Assembly (NCBI RefSeq): GCF_009834535.1
Contig: NC_045696.1
Span: forward strand, 25,484,001-25,548,000
Direction of reading: 5' to 3'
DNA: 64,000 bases
From: Camelus ferus
Taxonomy: Eukaryota
The notes below the pieces were generated by a model. The model did no database searches. It worked only from the letters and a program-made list of their open reading frames with translations, and was not told where the DNA came from. This document shows, one piece after another, positions 62,670 through 64,000 of this stretch (positions within the stretch are counted from its first letter, which is position 1; the number at the start of each line of letters is the position of its first letter). The position numbers and the translations under genes are program-made.

Positions 62670-63230
62670 AATTAAAAACATGTATAAAACTTATTTGAAA
62701 AGCATGGCAAAAAGAATATAAGAATATAATATTTAACAAGGAAAATTTGAATTTTGATTTGCTAATAAAAATGTACTTTGAAAAATGTTACAAATTGTAT
62801 TAAGATCAAAATACCTTGCACAGAGTATTTTATGTGATGTGAGTTGAAGGTATACTTAACATTCTGTAAGTATCAATCATGTGGATTAAAATTGCTAATA
62901 ACATATTTTTACTGTTACTTAATTTGAAAGTGAATTTTATTTCACCCAGACAAATATAAAATGTCTCTTAGAATGTAAAAAGTACATTTATTGTCCTTAC
63001 AGTAATTCACTTAAAAATACATCAGAAAAAATGAGTGAAACCAGCAGACACTGTAGTTCCAAATTTTCTGAGGTCAGTTTCTAACATTTGTAGATATATA
63101 TATTTAAAACATTAAAATAGTCACTTGTGAACAGATAGCTCAAGACTAGTCTAGGAATCCTGTTGTAAGTCCTTTGGAGCACTGCAGTCCCAGTGCGTGA
63201 GTATAGATGCACGTAACTGTCTTGCTCTTC

Positions 63231-63746
<516 letters not shown>

Positions 63747-64000
63747 TGTAACTGTCTCTTAAACAATGTCCTCCATACACCATCAAATGGGAGAAGACAG
63801 TAATATTAAAATGGGAGAATTTATGATTTCCCTAAATATATAGGACTCAGCTACTATGCTATCTAAATTTTGAGCTATTTTCCTTCAACTGTTTAGTTAT
63901 AAAAATGCTACAATAATCTTTAAGAATATTCAATTAATATGGTTACTCTTCTGTGTCAAATCCAAGTCACTGTTAAATTCAAAATCAACACAGCTTAACC

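Overview
AT-rich, repeat-rich mammalian DNA, almost certainly from a camelid: it carries a Vic-1-type tRNA-derived SINE and camelid/cetartiodactyl-type L1 3' ends. It is either intergenic or part of a very large intron. I recognise no functional protein-coding exon, and nearly all ORFs in the supplied track are chance ORFs in repeats or microsatellites. The only gene-derived sequence is a full-length processed RPL32 pseudogene near the right end (minus strand, with 5'TOP leader, poly(A), TSD and a 1-nt frameshift). The rest is MIR, L2, L3/CR1, HAL1/L1, MaLR and ERV1-like solo LTRs, hAT and Tigger MITEs and microsatellites, with several repeat-poor stretches rich in homeodomain, TALE and POU motifs that may be conserved enhancers. 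The best leads are a probable AmnSINE1 relic (~53.8 kb), candidate enhancers (9.3-10.1, 14.7 and 24.8-25.2 kb), CTCF-like sites, a candidate 24-nt microexon and ultra-short L1 insertions with intact TSDs. I found no convincing previously undescribed biological system. Repeat family names come from recalled consensus sequences, not a database search, and the boundaries of old repeats are approximate.
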